From Candidatus Vesicomyidisocius sp. Agig_15_S12 (GTDB lineage: Bacteria; Pseudomonadota; Gammaproteobacteria; PS1; Pseudothioglobaceae): a DNA stretch of 64,000 nt. Where the stretch lies: positions 19,230-83,229 of the forward strand of contig CP072532.1 of NCBI GenBank assembly GCA_021730225.1. The letters run 5' to 3'. A program made the position numbers and the translations under genes. Numbering within the stretch: the first letter of the stretch is position 1; each line of letters begins with the position of its first letter. Positions 40,359 to 50,790 of the stretch are shown here, one piece after another. The notes beneath the pieces were generated by a model that was given only the letters and a program-made list of their open reading frames with translations, had not been told where the DNA came from and searched no databases.

Positions 40359-40900
40359 GCAAAAAAGATTTACTAGTTTGGTGTTTGCTTTAACAATAGT
40401 TCAATACACTATATCAAACGCGATAAAAGTTTGCGTGAAAGTGTTTATAATTATAAAAAAAATTTTAATATTGTAGATGATTATTTAGATAAGTTATTCT
40501 ATAGTTAACTATTTTTATTGACTAAAATAGGCGCATATTGTTTGTTAATTGAGTTACATTACTGTTATATTGTTATTTGATTCGTTTAATACTGAGATGA
40601 ATTGAGTAGATTATTTGTTAAGGTATAAATATGTTGATTTTTATTTTAAAAGAATTAGTTTGGATGAAAAGGATAAGTTTCTATTAAATGTATTTACTTG
40701 ATGTTTAAAAAAATATTAAATTTTTGTCTTGTTCTCAAAAGATTATCAAGAGTATTTGTTATATAGAAATCAAAAAATGTAATAGTTACCATATAAGATT
40801 AATTTATATTGTATTTTGCAAAATTTTTTAAAATTATGCTATCTTAATGAGTTATTATTTATATTGTCATAAATTTTGTATTAATGTTTTTAATGGTTAT
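40355..40900 (+). pseudogene. Unidentified eroded gene, possibly a secreted protein, coupled to truB
   Basis: ATG overlaps the truB stop (ATGA). After a frameshift it reads a signal-peptide-like FTSLVFALTIVQYTISNA, then DKSLRESVYNYKKNFNIVDDYLDKLFYS*. Many stops follow; right boundary approximate. Confidence 0.35.
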
Positions 40901-40951
40901 GGTATATAAATTATAGCAAAAAAAATTTAAGTAATTTATTACGGAGTGCTT

Positions 40952-42235
40952 ATGAGGGTTTTAGTTATTGGTGGCGGTGGTCGTGAACATGCTTTGGCTT
41001 GGCAGTGTAGTCAATTTGATACAGTAAGTCACGTGTTTGTTGCTCCCGGTAATGCTGGTACACAGTTAGAAAGTAATTTGACTAATATTAATATTCATAC
41101 GGATGATATAGTAGGTTTAATTTTTTTTGTAAAAAACAATCAAGTAGATTTAACCATTGTTGGCCCTGAAGCATCATTGGTAATAGGTGTAGTGGATCGT
41201 TTTCAATACGAAGGATTGGCAATTTTTGGTCCAACTAAGGCTGCCTCTCAACTAGAGTGGTCTAAAGTATTTTGTAAGTATTTCTTAGAGCGTCATAATA
41301 TTCCTACAGCACATTATGGTGTATTTACCGAAGCAAATCTTGCTATCGAATATGTTAAGAATAAAGGTACACCTATTGTAATTAAGGCTGATGGTTTAGC
41401 TTCAGGAAAGGGTGTGATTATTGCCCATACACAATTTGAAGCTAAAAATGTTATTATTGACATGTTACAAGGTAATTGTTTTGGTAAGGCAGGCTCATGT
41501 GTGGTGATTGAGGAGTTTTTGACTGGTGAAGAGGCAAGTTTTATTGTGATGTGTGATGGTAAAAATATTTTGCCAATGGCAACTTCACAAGATCATAAAG
41601 CTCGTGATAATAATGATAAAGGTCCAAATACTGGTGGTATGGGTGCTTATTCTCCAGCGCCTATTGTTACTAATGAAATTTTTCAATCAGTTATGGATAC
41701 CATTATTTATCCAACCGTTAATGCAATGGCAGAAGAAGGAAATATTTATACAGGATTCTTATATGTAGGGCTAATGATTGACCAAGATAATAATTTTAAA
41801 GTATTAGAGTATAACTGTCGCCTTGGTGATCCTGAAACTCAGCCGATTATGATGCGTCTCAAGTCTAATTTAGCAGATCTATGTTTATTAGCAACACAAC
41901 AAAGTTTAGATCAAGCGAATATTAATTGGGATGAGCGTATTTGTTTGGGAGTAGTTTTAGCTGCAAAAGGCTATCCAAATACTTATAATACTAATGAATT
42001 AATTATATTGCCAGAAGATAGTCAAGATACCAAAGTTTTTCACGCAGGAACAAAACTAGAAAATGGCAAAGTGTTCTCTAGTGGAGGACGTGTTTTATGT
42101 GCAACTGCTTTGGGTAAAAATATTTCTAGTGCACGAAAGAAGGCTTATAAGTTGGTAAAAAGAATCAATTGGGATGGCTCCTATTATCGAGATGATATTG
42201 GATTTAAAGCTATTAAAAGGCTATACTCTATTTAA
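40952..42235 (+). CDS. purD: Phosphoribosylamine-glycine ligase
   Basis: MRVLVIGGGGREHALAW, APGNAG, IKADGLASGKGV, EEFLTGEEAS, SQDHK, GPNTGGMGAYSP, EYNCRLGDPETQ, YYRDDIG. Confidence 0.98.
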   Translation: MRVLVIGGGGREHALAWQCSQFDTVSHVFVAPGNAGTQLESNLTNINIHTDDIVGLIFFVKNNQVDLTIVGPEASLVIGVVDRFQYEGLAIFGPTKAASQLEWSKVFCKYFLERHNIPTAHYGVFTEANLAIEYVKNKGTPIVIKADGLASGKGVIIAHTQFEAKNVIIDMLQGNCFGKAGSCVVIEEFLTGEEASFIVMCDGKNILPMATSQDHKARDNNDKGPNTGGMGAYSPAPIVTNEIFQSVMDTIIYPTVNAMAEEGNIYTGFLYVGLMIDQDNNFKVLEYNCRLGDPETQPIMMRLKSNLADLCLLATQQSLDQANINWDERICLGVVLAAKGYPNTYNTNELIILPEDSQDTKVFHAGTKLENGKVFSSGGRVLCATALGKNISSARKKAYKLVKRINWDGSYYRDDIGFKAIKRLYSI

Positions 42236-42604
42236 GTAAATAAGTAAAATTATAATACTTAAATTTATCCTGTTAAAAAGGTTATCTTTTGAGATAAGTT
42301 GATTAAAAGTTATGGTAAGTTTTAGTTTTCGTTTAGAAAGATGTTGTATTGCAATAATAGTTGTACTGATTTTGACTATTGAAAGATAGTGTAATTAAGT
42401 TTGAAATTAGTAGTATCGATTTTTGTCAAAGGAATAACATGATAAACAAATGATTGAATTAGATAAGTTTAATTCAATGTACGAACATTGCTAAATATAA
42501 TAATTGTGTTGTTAAATTGAGAGGTGTATTATAGCTTTAACAACATAATGAAAACTATTAATTATTCACTCTGGTGAATAATTCTATTTTTCTATTTAAT
42601 AACT

Positions 42605-43285
42605 TTATTTAGTGGTTGAGATTAGCTTTTTTACTTCAAGTTCAGTTTTTTGTTCATTTTTAAACATTTTAATTCTATCACGTTCTATTTCCGCTTTGGG
42701 GCGAGTTTTTATATAATCAAATAATTTGATAACCTTGTAAACACCTTTGGCTTTAGCGGCAGTTTTGGCGGCCATGTCTGCTTCTCGTTTAGTTACGGCC
42801 CCCATAAGATAAACTACCTGATCTTCAGTCATCACCTGAACGTGGGTTGGATGAAATACCTCCTGATTTTGAAATAGTAACTCAACTTGTATAGTGATAG
42901 TTGAATCTTTAGCTCTACTAAGTAGTCCATTTGAAGGACCTAATTTAATTTCATTAAATATTTGTGAAATTTTTGGTGCTTGAAGTTGTGCTTGTTTACT
43001 TGTATAAATACGTATCTTAGGCGTTGCTACTTCTCCAGTAATGAGTACTGTTTTATTATAAACCATGAAATTAAGATGTGCATTGTTTAATATTAAATCT
43101 TTGTTAGACCAGTTAAATAACCTTAGAATAATAGTTTTATCATCTAACACTTCTCCAGCACTACGCCTATCATTACTTACTGAGATAATTGAGCTAATAG
43201 TTGAAACCCCTTGAATAGCTGATACACAAGCTGTTAAAAGTAAGAAGTTTATTATTAGAAGTGTTGATAGAATGAATTTTTTCAT
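42605..43285 (-). CDS. dolP: Dual-BON-domain outer-membrane lipoprotein (DolP/YraP)
   Basis: Lipobox LTAC, DRRSAGEVLDD, VLITGEV, VVYLMGAVT, GVYKVIKLFDY. Confidence 0.85.
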   Translation of the reverse strand: MKKFILSTLLIINFLLLTACVSAIQGVSTISSIISVSNDRRSAGEVLDDKTIILRLFNWSNKDLILNNAHLNFMVYNKTVLITGEVATPKIRIYTSKQAQLQAPKISQIFNEIKLGPSNGLLSRAKDSTITIQVELLFQNQEVFHPTHVQVMTEDQVVYLMGAVTKREADMAAKTAAKAKGVYKVIKLFDYIKTRPKAEIERDRIKMFKNEQKTELEVKKLISTTK

Positions 43286-43299
43286 GATGTTATATTTAT

Positions 43300-43600
43300 C
43301 AAGGTGTCTTTACTTTACACGCTATATTTAAAATATTTTAAATCAGATTTAAGTCTAATAAGATCAAACTTATACAGTTAATTTTGATATTTTTTTGAAT
43401 AATTATTTACATCATATAACTAAAAGAGGTATTAGCACGATATATTTTTTCAATAAAAACTAGTATTTAGTTGATTTTATAAAGCATAATAATATCTAAT
43501 GTCACTCAATCATGATTTAATATTTTTTTTAATGAGTTTTAAATGTTATTTAAATAAATATGTTAATACAATTTCTTTTTATTTGATAGCTAATTTTTTG
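43300..43600 (-). pseudogene. yraN: Degraded YraN family endonuclease
   Basis: Minus-strand fragments YLFK*HLKLIKKNIKS*LSD / LDIIMLYKIN*ILVFIEKIYRANTSF / YKFDLI match the YraN pattern YL..GL.I...N.....GEIDLIM....LVFVEVRYR....F...CRFDV. Canonical position between rsmI and yraP; boundaries approximate. Confidence 0.72.
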
Positions 43601-43611
43601 TAAAACTGAAT

Positions 43612-44442
43612 ATGAATGGAACACTTTATATTGTTGCTACACCAATTGGAAATTTAAATGATATCACTTTTAGGGCTATTGAAACACTAAAAATAGTTGA
43701 TATTATTTTAGCAGAGAATATGTATCACTCTAAACACTTGCTTAATCATTATGATATTACAACACCTGTGTATACTTTTCATGAACATAATGAAAGATGT
43801 AAAACTCCTGATGTAATCAATAAATTATTAGAAGGAAAGCATATTGCATTGATTAGTGATGCAGGAACGCCACTTATTAGTGACCCAGGCCATGTATTAG
43901 TGATAGAAGCGAAGAAAGTAGGTATTAATGTATCGCCTATCCCTGGTTCTAATGCAATGATTAGTGCAATTAGCGTATCAGGAATGGCCAGTAATAAATT
44001 CAGTTTTTTTGGTTTTTTACCTAGTAAACAATCGACGCGTCTTAAGGTGATTCAATCCATTGCAAATATCAATGAAATGGCTATTTTTTATGAATCACCT
44101 AATCGTATCCTTTCTTGTGCACAAGATTTACAAGCAGTATTGGGCAATGAACGCATTGTTTGCTTTGCTAAAGAACTGACCAAGTTGTTTGAGACCATTA
44201 AGACAAATACATTGCCACAGTTGATTGATTATTTACAAGCAGATAATACACACCGAAAAGGTGAATTTGTGATTCTTATTTCTGCAGTAAAGAAAAACAA
44301 TAAAGCCTCAGAAGAAGAAATATTGAATAAAGTATTACCAATTTTGCTCATTGAGATGGGTGCGTCAAAAGCAGCTAGACTTGTAGCTAAAATGACTGGT
44401 TTTGATAAAAGATACTGTTATCAAAGAGCTATTGAGCTATAA
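43612..44442 (+). CDS. rsmI: 16S rRNA (cytidine1402-2'-O)-methyltransferase
   Basis: LYIVATPIGNLNDITFRA, ALISDAGTPLISDPG, PIPG, FFGFLP, FYESPNR, KELTKLFE, KGEFVILI. Confidence 0.95.
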   Translation: MNGTLYIVATPIGNLNDITFRAIETLKIVDIILAENMYHSKHLLNHYDITTPVYTFHEHNERCKTPDVINKLLEGKHIALISDAGTPLISDPGHVLVIEAKKVGINVSPIPGSNAMISAISVSGMASNKFSFFGFLPSKQSTRLKVIQSIANINEMAIFYESPNRILSCAQDLQAVLGNERIVCFAKELTKLFETIKTNTLPQLIDYLQADNTHRKGEFVILISAVKKNNKASEEEILNKVLPILLIEMGASKAARLVAKMTGFDKRYCYQRAIEL

Positions 44443-44714
44443 GTATCTCTTATGAATTTTTATACAAAGCATGTTTGTTTTTGTAATAACACTAGTTAAA
44501 GATATTAAAGTCTATTGTCTATAATTTAATTTATAAAAAATAAATTTTGCATAAAAAATGCATTATAGGTTAGGAATAAGATAGGGTTTAGTAAGTCATG
44601 TTATTTAAGGTGTTGTATGTATAATGTATATGGTTGTTTATATTGACGAAGAGGATATTAGTAATATAATATTATCTTAAACATCCAATAAATGGTAATA
44701 TTATTGTTAAGAGG

Positions 44715-45320
44715 TTATAAGTTAATTAGTTTTTTGTACAACTGATTAGTTTTATGGGTTAAATCAGCAATTGCTAGGTCATTTTTAATGATATCAGTAG
44801 GTAATTTATCACGCAATTTTAAGCGTAATGAATGACTAAATTGTGCAGAAACCATATTTTTTGCTTCCTTTGTATTAATATTATCACGATTGATCAATCT
44901 TTTTATTTGTTGTTTTTTATTGCAGCTAATAATAATTGCTCTATTAAATAAATGAGTAAGATTCTTCTCAGCTAAAAGCGGTACTTCAACCACCACTAAT
45001 TTAGTTTTTAGTTTTCCAATTTCATTTTCCATGCGTATTAATATTCTTGGATGTAGTACTGCTTCAATCAATTTTTGATTAGATTTTTTTTCTAATAAAA
45101 TTTTTCTTAAAGTACTACGGTTAAGGCTTTTATTCTTATTAAGAATATTATCACCAAAGTGTTTGATTAATTCTTTAAGTTCAATCGTGTTAGGTCTAAC
45201 AATTTTTTGTGCAAGCTTATCAAGACTTATAATATCTAAGCCTAAATTACTTAAGATGTGACTTACTTTTGATTTACCACAAGCAATTCCACCTGTTAAT
45301 GCTATTTTAATGATTGACAT
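44715..45320 (-). CDS. coaE: Dephospho-CoA kinase
   Basis: ALTGGIACGKS, LNRSTLR, LHPRI, VVEVPLLAE, RLINRD. Confidence 0.93.
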   Translation of the reverse strand: MSIIKIALTGGIACGKSKVSHILSNLGLDIISLDKLAQKIVRPNTIELKELIKHFGDNILNKNKSLNRSTLRKILLEKKSNQKLIEAVLHPRILIRMENEIGKLKTKLVVVEVPLLAEKNLTHLFNRAIIISCNKKQQIKRLINRDNINTKEAKNMVSAQFSHSLRLKLRDKLPTDIIKNDLAIADLTHKTNQLYKKLINL

Positions 45321-45355
45321 ATTAAATTGATTTTATTAATATTACATCTTATCTA

Positions 45356-45384
45356 TTGACATTTATATTAAATCTTTCGATAAT
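45356..45384 (+). promoter_or_regulatory. Sigma70 promoter of tRNA-Met
   Basis: TTGACA (45356-45361), 17-nt spacer, GATAAT (45379-45384). Confidence 0.75.
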
Positions 45385-45404
45385 GTTTCTTTTTATAGTT
45401 ATAT

Positions 45405-45481
45405 GGTTATGTAGCTCAGCTGGTTAGAGCACAGCATTCATAATGCTGGGGTCGGTGGTTCAAGTCCACCTATAACCACCA
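45405..45481 (+). tRNA. Elongator tRNA-Met(CAU)
   Basis: GGTTATG...TATAACCACCA; anticodon arm CAGCA-TTCATAA-TGCTG. Overall closer to the elongator Met type than to Ile2(CAU). Confidence 0.9.
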
Positions 45482-45625
45482 TATTATATAAGGTTTTAAG
45501 CCTTTATACCTGTTTATAAATAACTCTAGGATAACACAAGACCTATATTTAAATGTTATTTAAAGCAGTTTAGAGTTATTTAAAGTGTATGTTTTAATTT
45601 ATTTAACCCTTCATTATTTAGAAGA

Positions 45626-46140
45626 CTAATGAAACCCCTTCGTAATATTTTGGTCAGATAAGTTTTTCCATTGGATTTTTTTTTGGATAAATACATCATA
45701 ATATGTTTCTTTTAGGTCAGCATCACCAAAATCCAAAAAGGTTATTATCTTTTCACTTTTTTAATAGTTTAGAGTTTGCATAAACTTCGATGAAAAGAAG
45801 TTGTTTGTACGTTCTAACTTCACAAAATAATTGATTATTATTTGTTTTTCTTCTTGTGCCTAGTTACTGTTCTTTCTGTAGAAATCATTTTGTGAGAGAT
45901 ATTCTTCATATTTAATAGCAGAATTCTAAAATTTAACAACCTAGCTATCAGGCGTTTTGACGTCTACAATGTGTTTTTCACTAACCTTATTATGATGAAG
46001 TATAAGTATATCTTACTATTCTTTAGGTAATTGATTTTTCTAGTTACGACACATTTAGTTTTATTTTCCCGTTAATGTATCGATAGACCTCTTTGTGTTA
46101 GTTTGTGTTAGTTCGACAATATATTTTGGTTTCACCAAAT
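45626..46140 (-). pseudogene. Degraded CoiA-like nuclease-family gene
   Basis: One frame with in-frame stops reads EKHIVDVKTPDS*VVKF*NSAIKYEEYLSQNDFY, resembling the CoiA-type H.ADV.T..G.VIEFQ.S.I..EE...R..FY. Upstream boundary approximate. Confidence 0.5.
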
Positions 46141-46202
46141 TTAGTGGTTAGTTTAGAGTTATAACTATGGTATATTTCTGTTTAGTTCTATTTGTAAGTT
46201 TA

Positions 46203-46628
46203 TTACTTGCACCAACTTAATTTTTTACCACCATAATAACTATAAGCCAAGTCATTATCAAGTAGTTCTTGTTCTAAACTAATACCATCAACTATCACAT
46301 TGGCAATAACCCTAAAGTACTTACCTCTCTGTAAATTAGTCAACTTAATTTCTTCAGCATTGTTTAACTTACCTCTTACAAAATTTCTTGCTTTAATGGC
46401 TATATCCTTTTCATACTGGCACTTTCCTCGTATTTCTGGAGTGTCTATTCCATTCACTCTAATAGGTATATTCCTCCCTACGATAGGAGGTAGTAAGTCT
46501 ATGTTTACTCTGAAGGTATCGCCATCATAAACACTGATGACTTTTGATACTATTACTGTACCGTATTGTGGTTTTGATTGTACTTGAAAAACAAGAGTTG
46601 CTATAATAATAGATAAAAATAGTTTCAT
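46203..46628 (-). CDS. Secreted thermonuclease (staphylococcal-nuclease/SNase family)
   Basis: Signal-peptide-like MKLFLSIIIATLVFQVQS; VISVYDGDTF, IRVNGIDTPE, KYFRVIA. Equivalents of D19, D21, R35, D40, E43 and R87 are present. Confidence 0.92.
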   Translation of the reverse strand: MKLFLSIIIATLVFQVQSKPQYGTVIVSKVISVYDGDTFRVNIDLLPPIVGRNIPIRVNGIDTPEIRGKCQYEKDIAIKARNFVRGKLNNAEEIKLTNLQRGKYFRVIANVIVDGISLEQELLDNDLAYSYYGGKKLSWCK

Positions 46629-46646
46629 AAATTTAATGATTAGAGT

Positions 46647-46859
46647 CTAATTTTTATATGCATCTTTAACTGCTTTATATAATGCTTTTTTAGTCTTGTA
46701 GTTTATATTCACAATACAAAAAATATCAAATTTATTTATCTCTTTATTGTAGGATACAACATTGAATAGTCCTTTACTATCTGATATAGTATTTTGAAAA
46801 CAAACAGAGTCGATTATCATTATTTTAGGATTTTTATCAATTTGAAAATACCCTAACAT
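46647..46859 (-). CDS. Hypothetical 70-aa ORF inside the island (may be a gene fragment)
   Basis: ATG-started ORF ending 18 nt upstream of the nuclease start; no motif recognised. Confidence 0.35.
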   Translation of the reverse strand: MLGYFQIDKNPKIMIIDSVCFQNTISDSKGLFNVVSYNKEINKFDIFCIVNINYKTKKALYKAVKDAYKN

Positions 46860-47142
46860 ATATATTTATATTGATTCTTATGACTAATCTTGAAGTAACT
46901 AAGGTATAAAGAAAAGTTAGAGCCTCAAGAAACGATACTGATTTATGTTTTTTGATAATTTTAATGTAGTCTTTTCCTGTAAATTTAGACAAAGTTTACT
47001 CAATTAAATTGATACTTAGGAATATTTGTAAATATTCATACAACTAATACAAATCATATGAATAGTAGTTGGTGTTTCTAATTTTATTTGTTACTTTTAT
47101 TTAAATATTTAATAATTCCAATCACTTTATTAAATATAATCA

Positions 47143-48294
47143 TTACCAATTTTCAACAAAATTTGTATAAATTTCCTTCTGTCTCTGTTTGCTCAATTCC
47201 AACCATACAAGAAGAATGTTGGATAAATTTCATTGTACCTCTATCATAGTTAAGAGTATATATTATTACACTGATTAAGCTAATACGTTTGTGATTGTTT
47301 AATCTCATCAGAACTCTAGTCTAATTTATTGGAAGTTTGGTTAAACATATCATCTAGTTGATGTCATTCTATTTCTAACTGTATCTCGCAACAAGTAACT
47401 ATAGCAGTTGTTAGTGGTGTTATAGGCAGTTTATGGTTACCTAGTGATATTCCTTTAAATACGACAGAACTATTCGTTTCTAATTTACTCCTATTTAACA
47501 TGTTCAACAAATAGTGTATTAATGATAATGTGTGGTTTTATAGTTTGTATTATTATAAATAGTTAAGTTTTATCTTTGTAATCAACATTACTCCATTTTA
47601 GGTTTGTAGTTTCTTTTCTATGTAAACCAGTAAATAGTATAAATACAAGCAGCTCTCTAACAGCATCTTCTGGATTTGATCCTTTTGTCTGGTAGCTCTT
47701 GTACAATCTTGTGCTATTTCTTTAAATTATATGATTTTATTATCACTTTTCTACATGTTTCTCTATTCTAGGCTTTAATGTGTCTAATCTTTTTGGTTGA
47801 GTTACTAATTATTATAGGTCAACCATTATTTCACACTCATCTTATTCATAATTAAATAAAGCTCTAAGTAGCTTCATAGAAGTGTTGGCTTTTGTTATAG
47901 ATTTTTGAGTCATGTCTCTATGTTTTTTCCACATCATCACGAGTAATACTTAATATTTTTTTATCTTTTTAATCAAATAGATAGTTGTTAATAATATGAG
48001 GATTCAAGTTAGTACAATGACTTGTAATATAATTATCCAGCATCTGCAAAAGGGTGTGATAACTTTAATAGTTTCACTATTTGCTTTTTTGGATTAATTC
48101 CACCACTGATATTGTCTAATATTTTTACGGCTTTACTTCTTGCTTTTTATAACACTATTAATGTAATTACGTTTTTACACAATAATTGATTTTATGCTAT
48201 TATTAGTAATCTAGAGGATTAGGTCCGTTAATTTCAGATACGGGCTGGTAGAGAATTCATTATTTTCCTTTGTGAAGCTTATTTATTTACTCAT
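47143..48294 (-). pseudogene. Degraded tyrosine recombinase/integrase with arm-type N-terminal domain
   Basis: Fragments KARSKAVKILDNISGGINP; SITRDDVEK; KANTSMKLLRALFNY; KA*NRETCRK; RELLVFILFTGLHRKETTNLKWSNVD (box I, R to H); NHTLSL; HQLDDMF (eroded HxLR); GTMKFIQ. The span of about 1.15 kb fits an integrase next to the right att site. Confidence 0.85.
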
Positions 48295-48454
48295 ATCTTT
48301 TATATAGTTAGGGATACAGAATGTGGTTATTTGATAGTGAGCAAGTACAAAGTGTGATGGATAATGAATTTATATATGATACTATTTTACAAGTATTTTA
48401 GTGAATATGAATGTATTGTAGTGGATGTAGGTTGAAATTGTAAGCATGAATTTT

Positions 48455-48498
48455 ATTATGCTGTGGTTGGTGATTCAACTCCACTTATAACCACCATA
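48455..48498 (+). repeat. Right attachment site: degenerate copy of the tRNA-Met 3' half
   Basis: attatgctgtggttggtgattcaactccacttataaccaccata vs ataatgctggggtcggtggttcaagtccacctataaccaccata (38/44 identical). Confidence 0.9.
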
Positions 48499-48698
48499 AT
48501 AATGTCATAATTTGGATTGTGTTTTAATGTGTGTCTTTGATTTTTAATCTAACGTAGAAAAGTTAGCCTTATAATTTAATTAATTTTTCTCATGATTATG
48601 ATTATTTTTTTGTTATAAGAAATCATTTTTGATGTGTCTTAAATAAAGAGTATTTTTTTACGTATAATCATTTAGTATTTTGTTCAAGGAATTTTACT

Positions 48699-50684
48699 AT
48701 GCCATCACGCAGAGATTTAGCAAATGCCATTCGTGTTTTAAGTATGGATGCAGTTCAAAGGGCAAATTCAGGTCATCCAGGTGCACCAATGGGTATGGCA
48801 GATATTGCAGAGGTACTTTGGAATGATCATTTAAAGTATAACCCAATGAATGCTAAGTGGACTAATCGTGACCGTTTTGTGTTATCAAATGGACATGGTT
48901 CAATGCTTATTTACTCATTACTACATTTGTCAGGTTATGACCTTAATATGGATGATATTAAAGATTTTCGTCAATTACATGCTAGAACTGCAGGACATCC
49001 TGAATATGGTTATGTAGATGGTATTGAAACAACAACAGGTCCATTAGGACAAGGTATTACTAATGCAGTTGGTATGGCAATTGCTGAGCGAACATTGGGC
49101 GCACAATTTAACAAGTTGGGTCATAATATTGTTGATCATAACACATATGTGTTTATGGGTGATGGTTGTTTAATGGAAGGTCTATCTCACGAATCTTGTG
49201 CTATGGCAGGTACATTAGGACTTGGCAAATTAATTGTCTTTTGGGATGATAATGATATTTCTATTGATGGTCATATTTCTGACTGGATGGAAAAAGATGT
49301 GGCAAGTCGTTTTGAGTCTTATGGTTGGCATGTTGTTCGCGATGTTAATGGTCATGACCCTGATGCAATTAATTCTGCAATTAATGCAGCTAAGGGTGAA
49401 ATTACTAAACCCTCATTTATTTGTACACGTACAACTATTGGTTTTGGTTCACCTAATTTATGTGGTACTCATAATTGTCATGGTGCACCACTTGGTAATG
49501 AGGAAATTGAAGCAACTCGTAAAGAGTTGGGTTGGGATTTTGCTCCATTTGAAATTCCTGTAGATATTTATGCAGGATGGGATCATAAAAAAAAAGGTAT
49601 TGCTGATGAATTAGCTTGGAATGTTAAATTTGCAGCTTATAAGGCGGAGTTTTCAGCAGATGCTGCTGAGTTTGAGCGTCGTATGTCTGGTAATTTGCCT
49701 GTTAACTTTGAAGTTGAGATGGATCAATTTATTGCTAAAACACAGGATGAAATGCCAAGCATTGCTTCTCGTCAGGCCTCTCAACGTACTATTGAAGTTA
49801 TGGGTCCACTATTGCCAGAAATGTTTGGTGGCTCTGCTGATTTAACTGGTTCTAATTTAACTAATTGGTCAGGAACTGTTAAAGTGAATGCACAAAATGC
49901 AAATGGTAATTACCTTTCATGGGGTGTACGTGAATTTGGTATGGCACATATGATGAATGGTATAGTGCTTCATGGTGGTTTTAAGGTTTATGGCGCAACT
50001 TTCTTTATGTTTATGGAATTTATGCGTAATGCATTACGTATGTCAGCACTTATGAAAATTGGTACAATTTATGTTTATACCCATGATTCTATTGGTTTAG
50101 GAGAAGATGGACCTACGCATCAGCCAGTTGAACAGTTAGCAACTATGCGTATGATTCCTAACTTCCAGTCTTGGAGAGGGTGTGATGCAGTTGAATCAGC
50201 AGTTTCTTGGAAGATGGCGATGCTTAGAGGTGATGCACCAACAGGATTGGTATTTTCACGTCAAACTTTGATAGCAATGGAACGAACTTCTGAACAAGTA
50301 GAAAATATTGAAAAAGGAGGTTATGTTATTAAAGATTGTGAAGGCGTTGCTGATATTATTTTTATTGCGACTGGTTCTGAAGTGAATTTAGCAATTGAAG
50401 CGGTAGCGGCCATAAATGTTAAGGTTCGTGTAGTTTCAATGCCTTGTACAAATGCTTATGATGATCAAGATCAAGCTTATAAAGATTCAGTTTTAACACC
50501 GGGGGTTAAGCGCCTTGCGATTGAGGCAGGTGTTGCTGATGGATGGTATAAATACGTAGGCTTAGATGGTGGTGTGGTTTGTATGACAACTTTTGGTGAA
50601 TCTGCACCGGCAGATCAATTGTTTAAAGTATTTGGTTTTACCATAGATAATGTCATTGCACAAGCAAAAGCTATTATTGGCTAG
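48699..50684 (+). CDS. tkt: Transketolase
   Basis: [69 protein letters not shown]. Confidence 0.99.
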   Translation: MPSRRDLANAIRVLSMDAVQRANSGHPGAPMGMADIAEVLWNDHLKYNPMNAKWTNRDRFVLSNGHGSMLIYSLLHLSGYDLNMDDIKDFRQLHARTAGHPEYGYVDGIETTTGPLGQGITNAVGMAIAERTLGAQFNKLGHNIVDHNTYVFMGDGCLMEGLSHESCAMAGTLGLGKLIVFWDDNDISIDGHISDWMEKDVASRFESYGWHVVRDVNGHDPDAINSAINAAKGEITKPSFICTRTTIGFGSPNLCGTHNCHGAPLGNEEIEATRKELGWDFAPFEIPVDIYAGWDHKKKGIADELAWNVKFAAYKAEFSADAAEFERRMSGNLPVNFEVEMDQFIAKTQDEMPSIASRQASQRTIEVMGPLLPEMFGGSADLTGSNLTNWSGTVKVNAQNANGNYLSWGVREFGMAHMMNGIVLHGGFKVYGATFFMFMEFMRNALRMSALMKIGTIYVYTHDSIGLGEDGPTHQPVEQLATMRMIPNFQSWRGCDAVESAVSWKMAMLRGDAPTGLVFSRQTLIAMERTSEQVENIEKGGYVIKDCEGVADIIFIATGSEVNLAIEAVAAINVKVRVVSMPCTNAYDDQDQAYKDSVLTPGVKRLAIEAGVADGWYKYVGLDGGVVCMTTFGESAPADQLFKVFGFTIDNVIAQAKAIIG

Positions 50685-50790
50685 ATAATACATTTAAACA
50701 TGGTAAAAATGACTGATAATTTTTGAGTGTTTTTTAATGAAATTTATATCTAAATGGTATAATTTAATGAAGTAAAAAAGGAGTAATAAA

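Larger units (their letters stand above)
45440..48498. mobile_element. Fossil tRNA-Met-integrated element (genomic island or prophage remnant), about 3 kb
   Basis: 44-bp direct repeat of the tRNA 3' half at 45440-45483 and 48455-48498 (6 mismatches) encloses an integrase pseudogene, a thermonuclease and a CoiA-like remnant. Confidence 0.88.

Noticed and set aside
44614-44641. dif-like site (tgtatgtataa-tgtata-tggttgtttat)
   Set aside because: The spacer and part of the XerC arm resemble dif, but the XerD arm deviates strongly from TTATGTTAAAT, and I see no obvious switch in G/T strand bias here.
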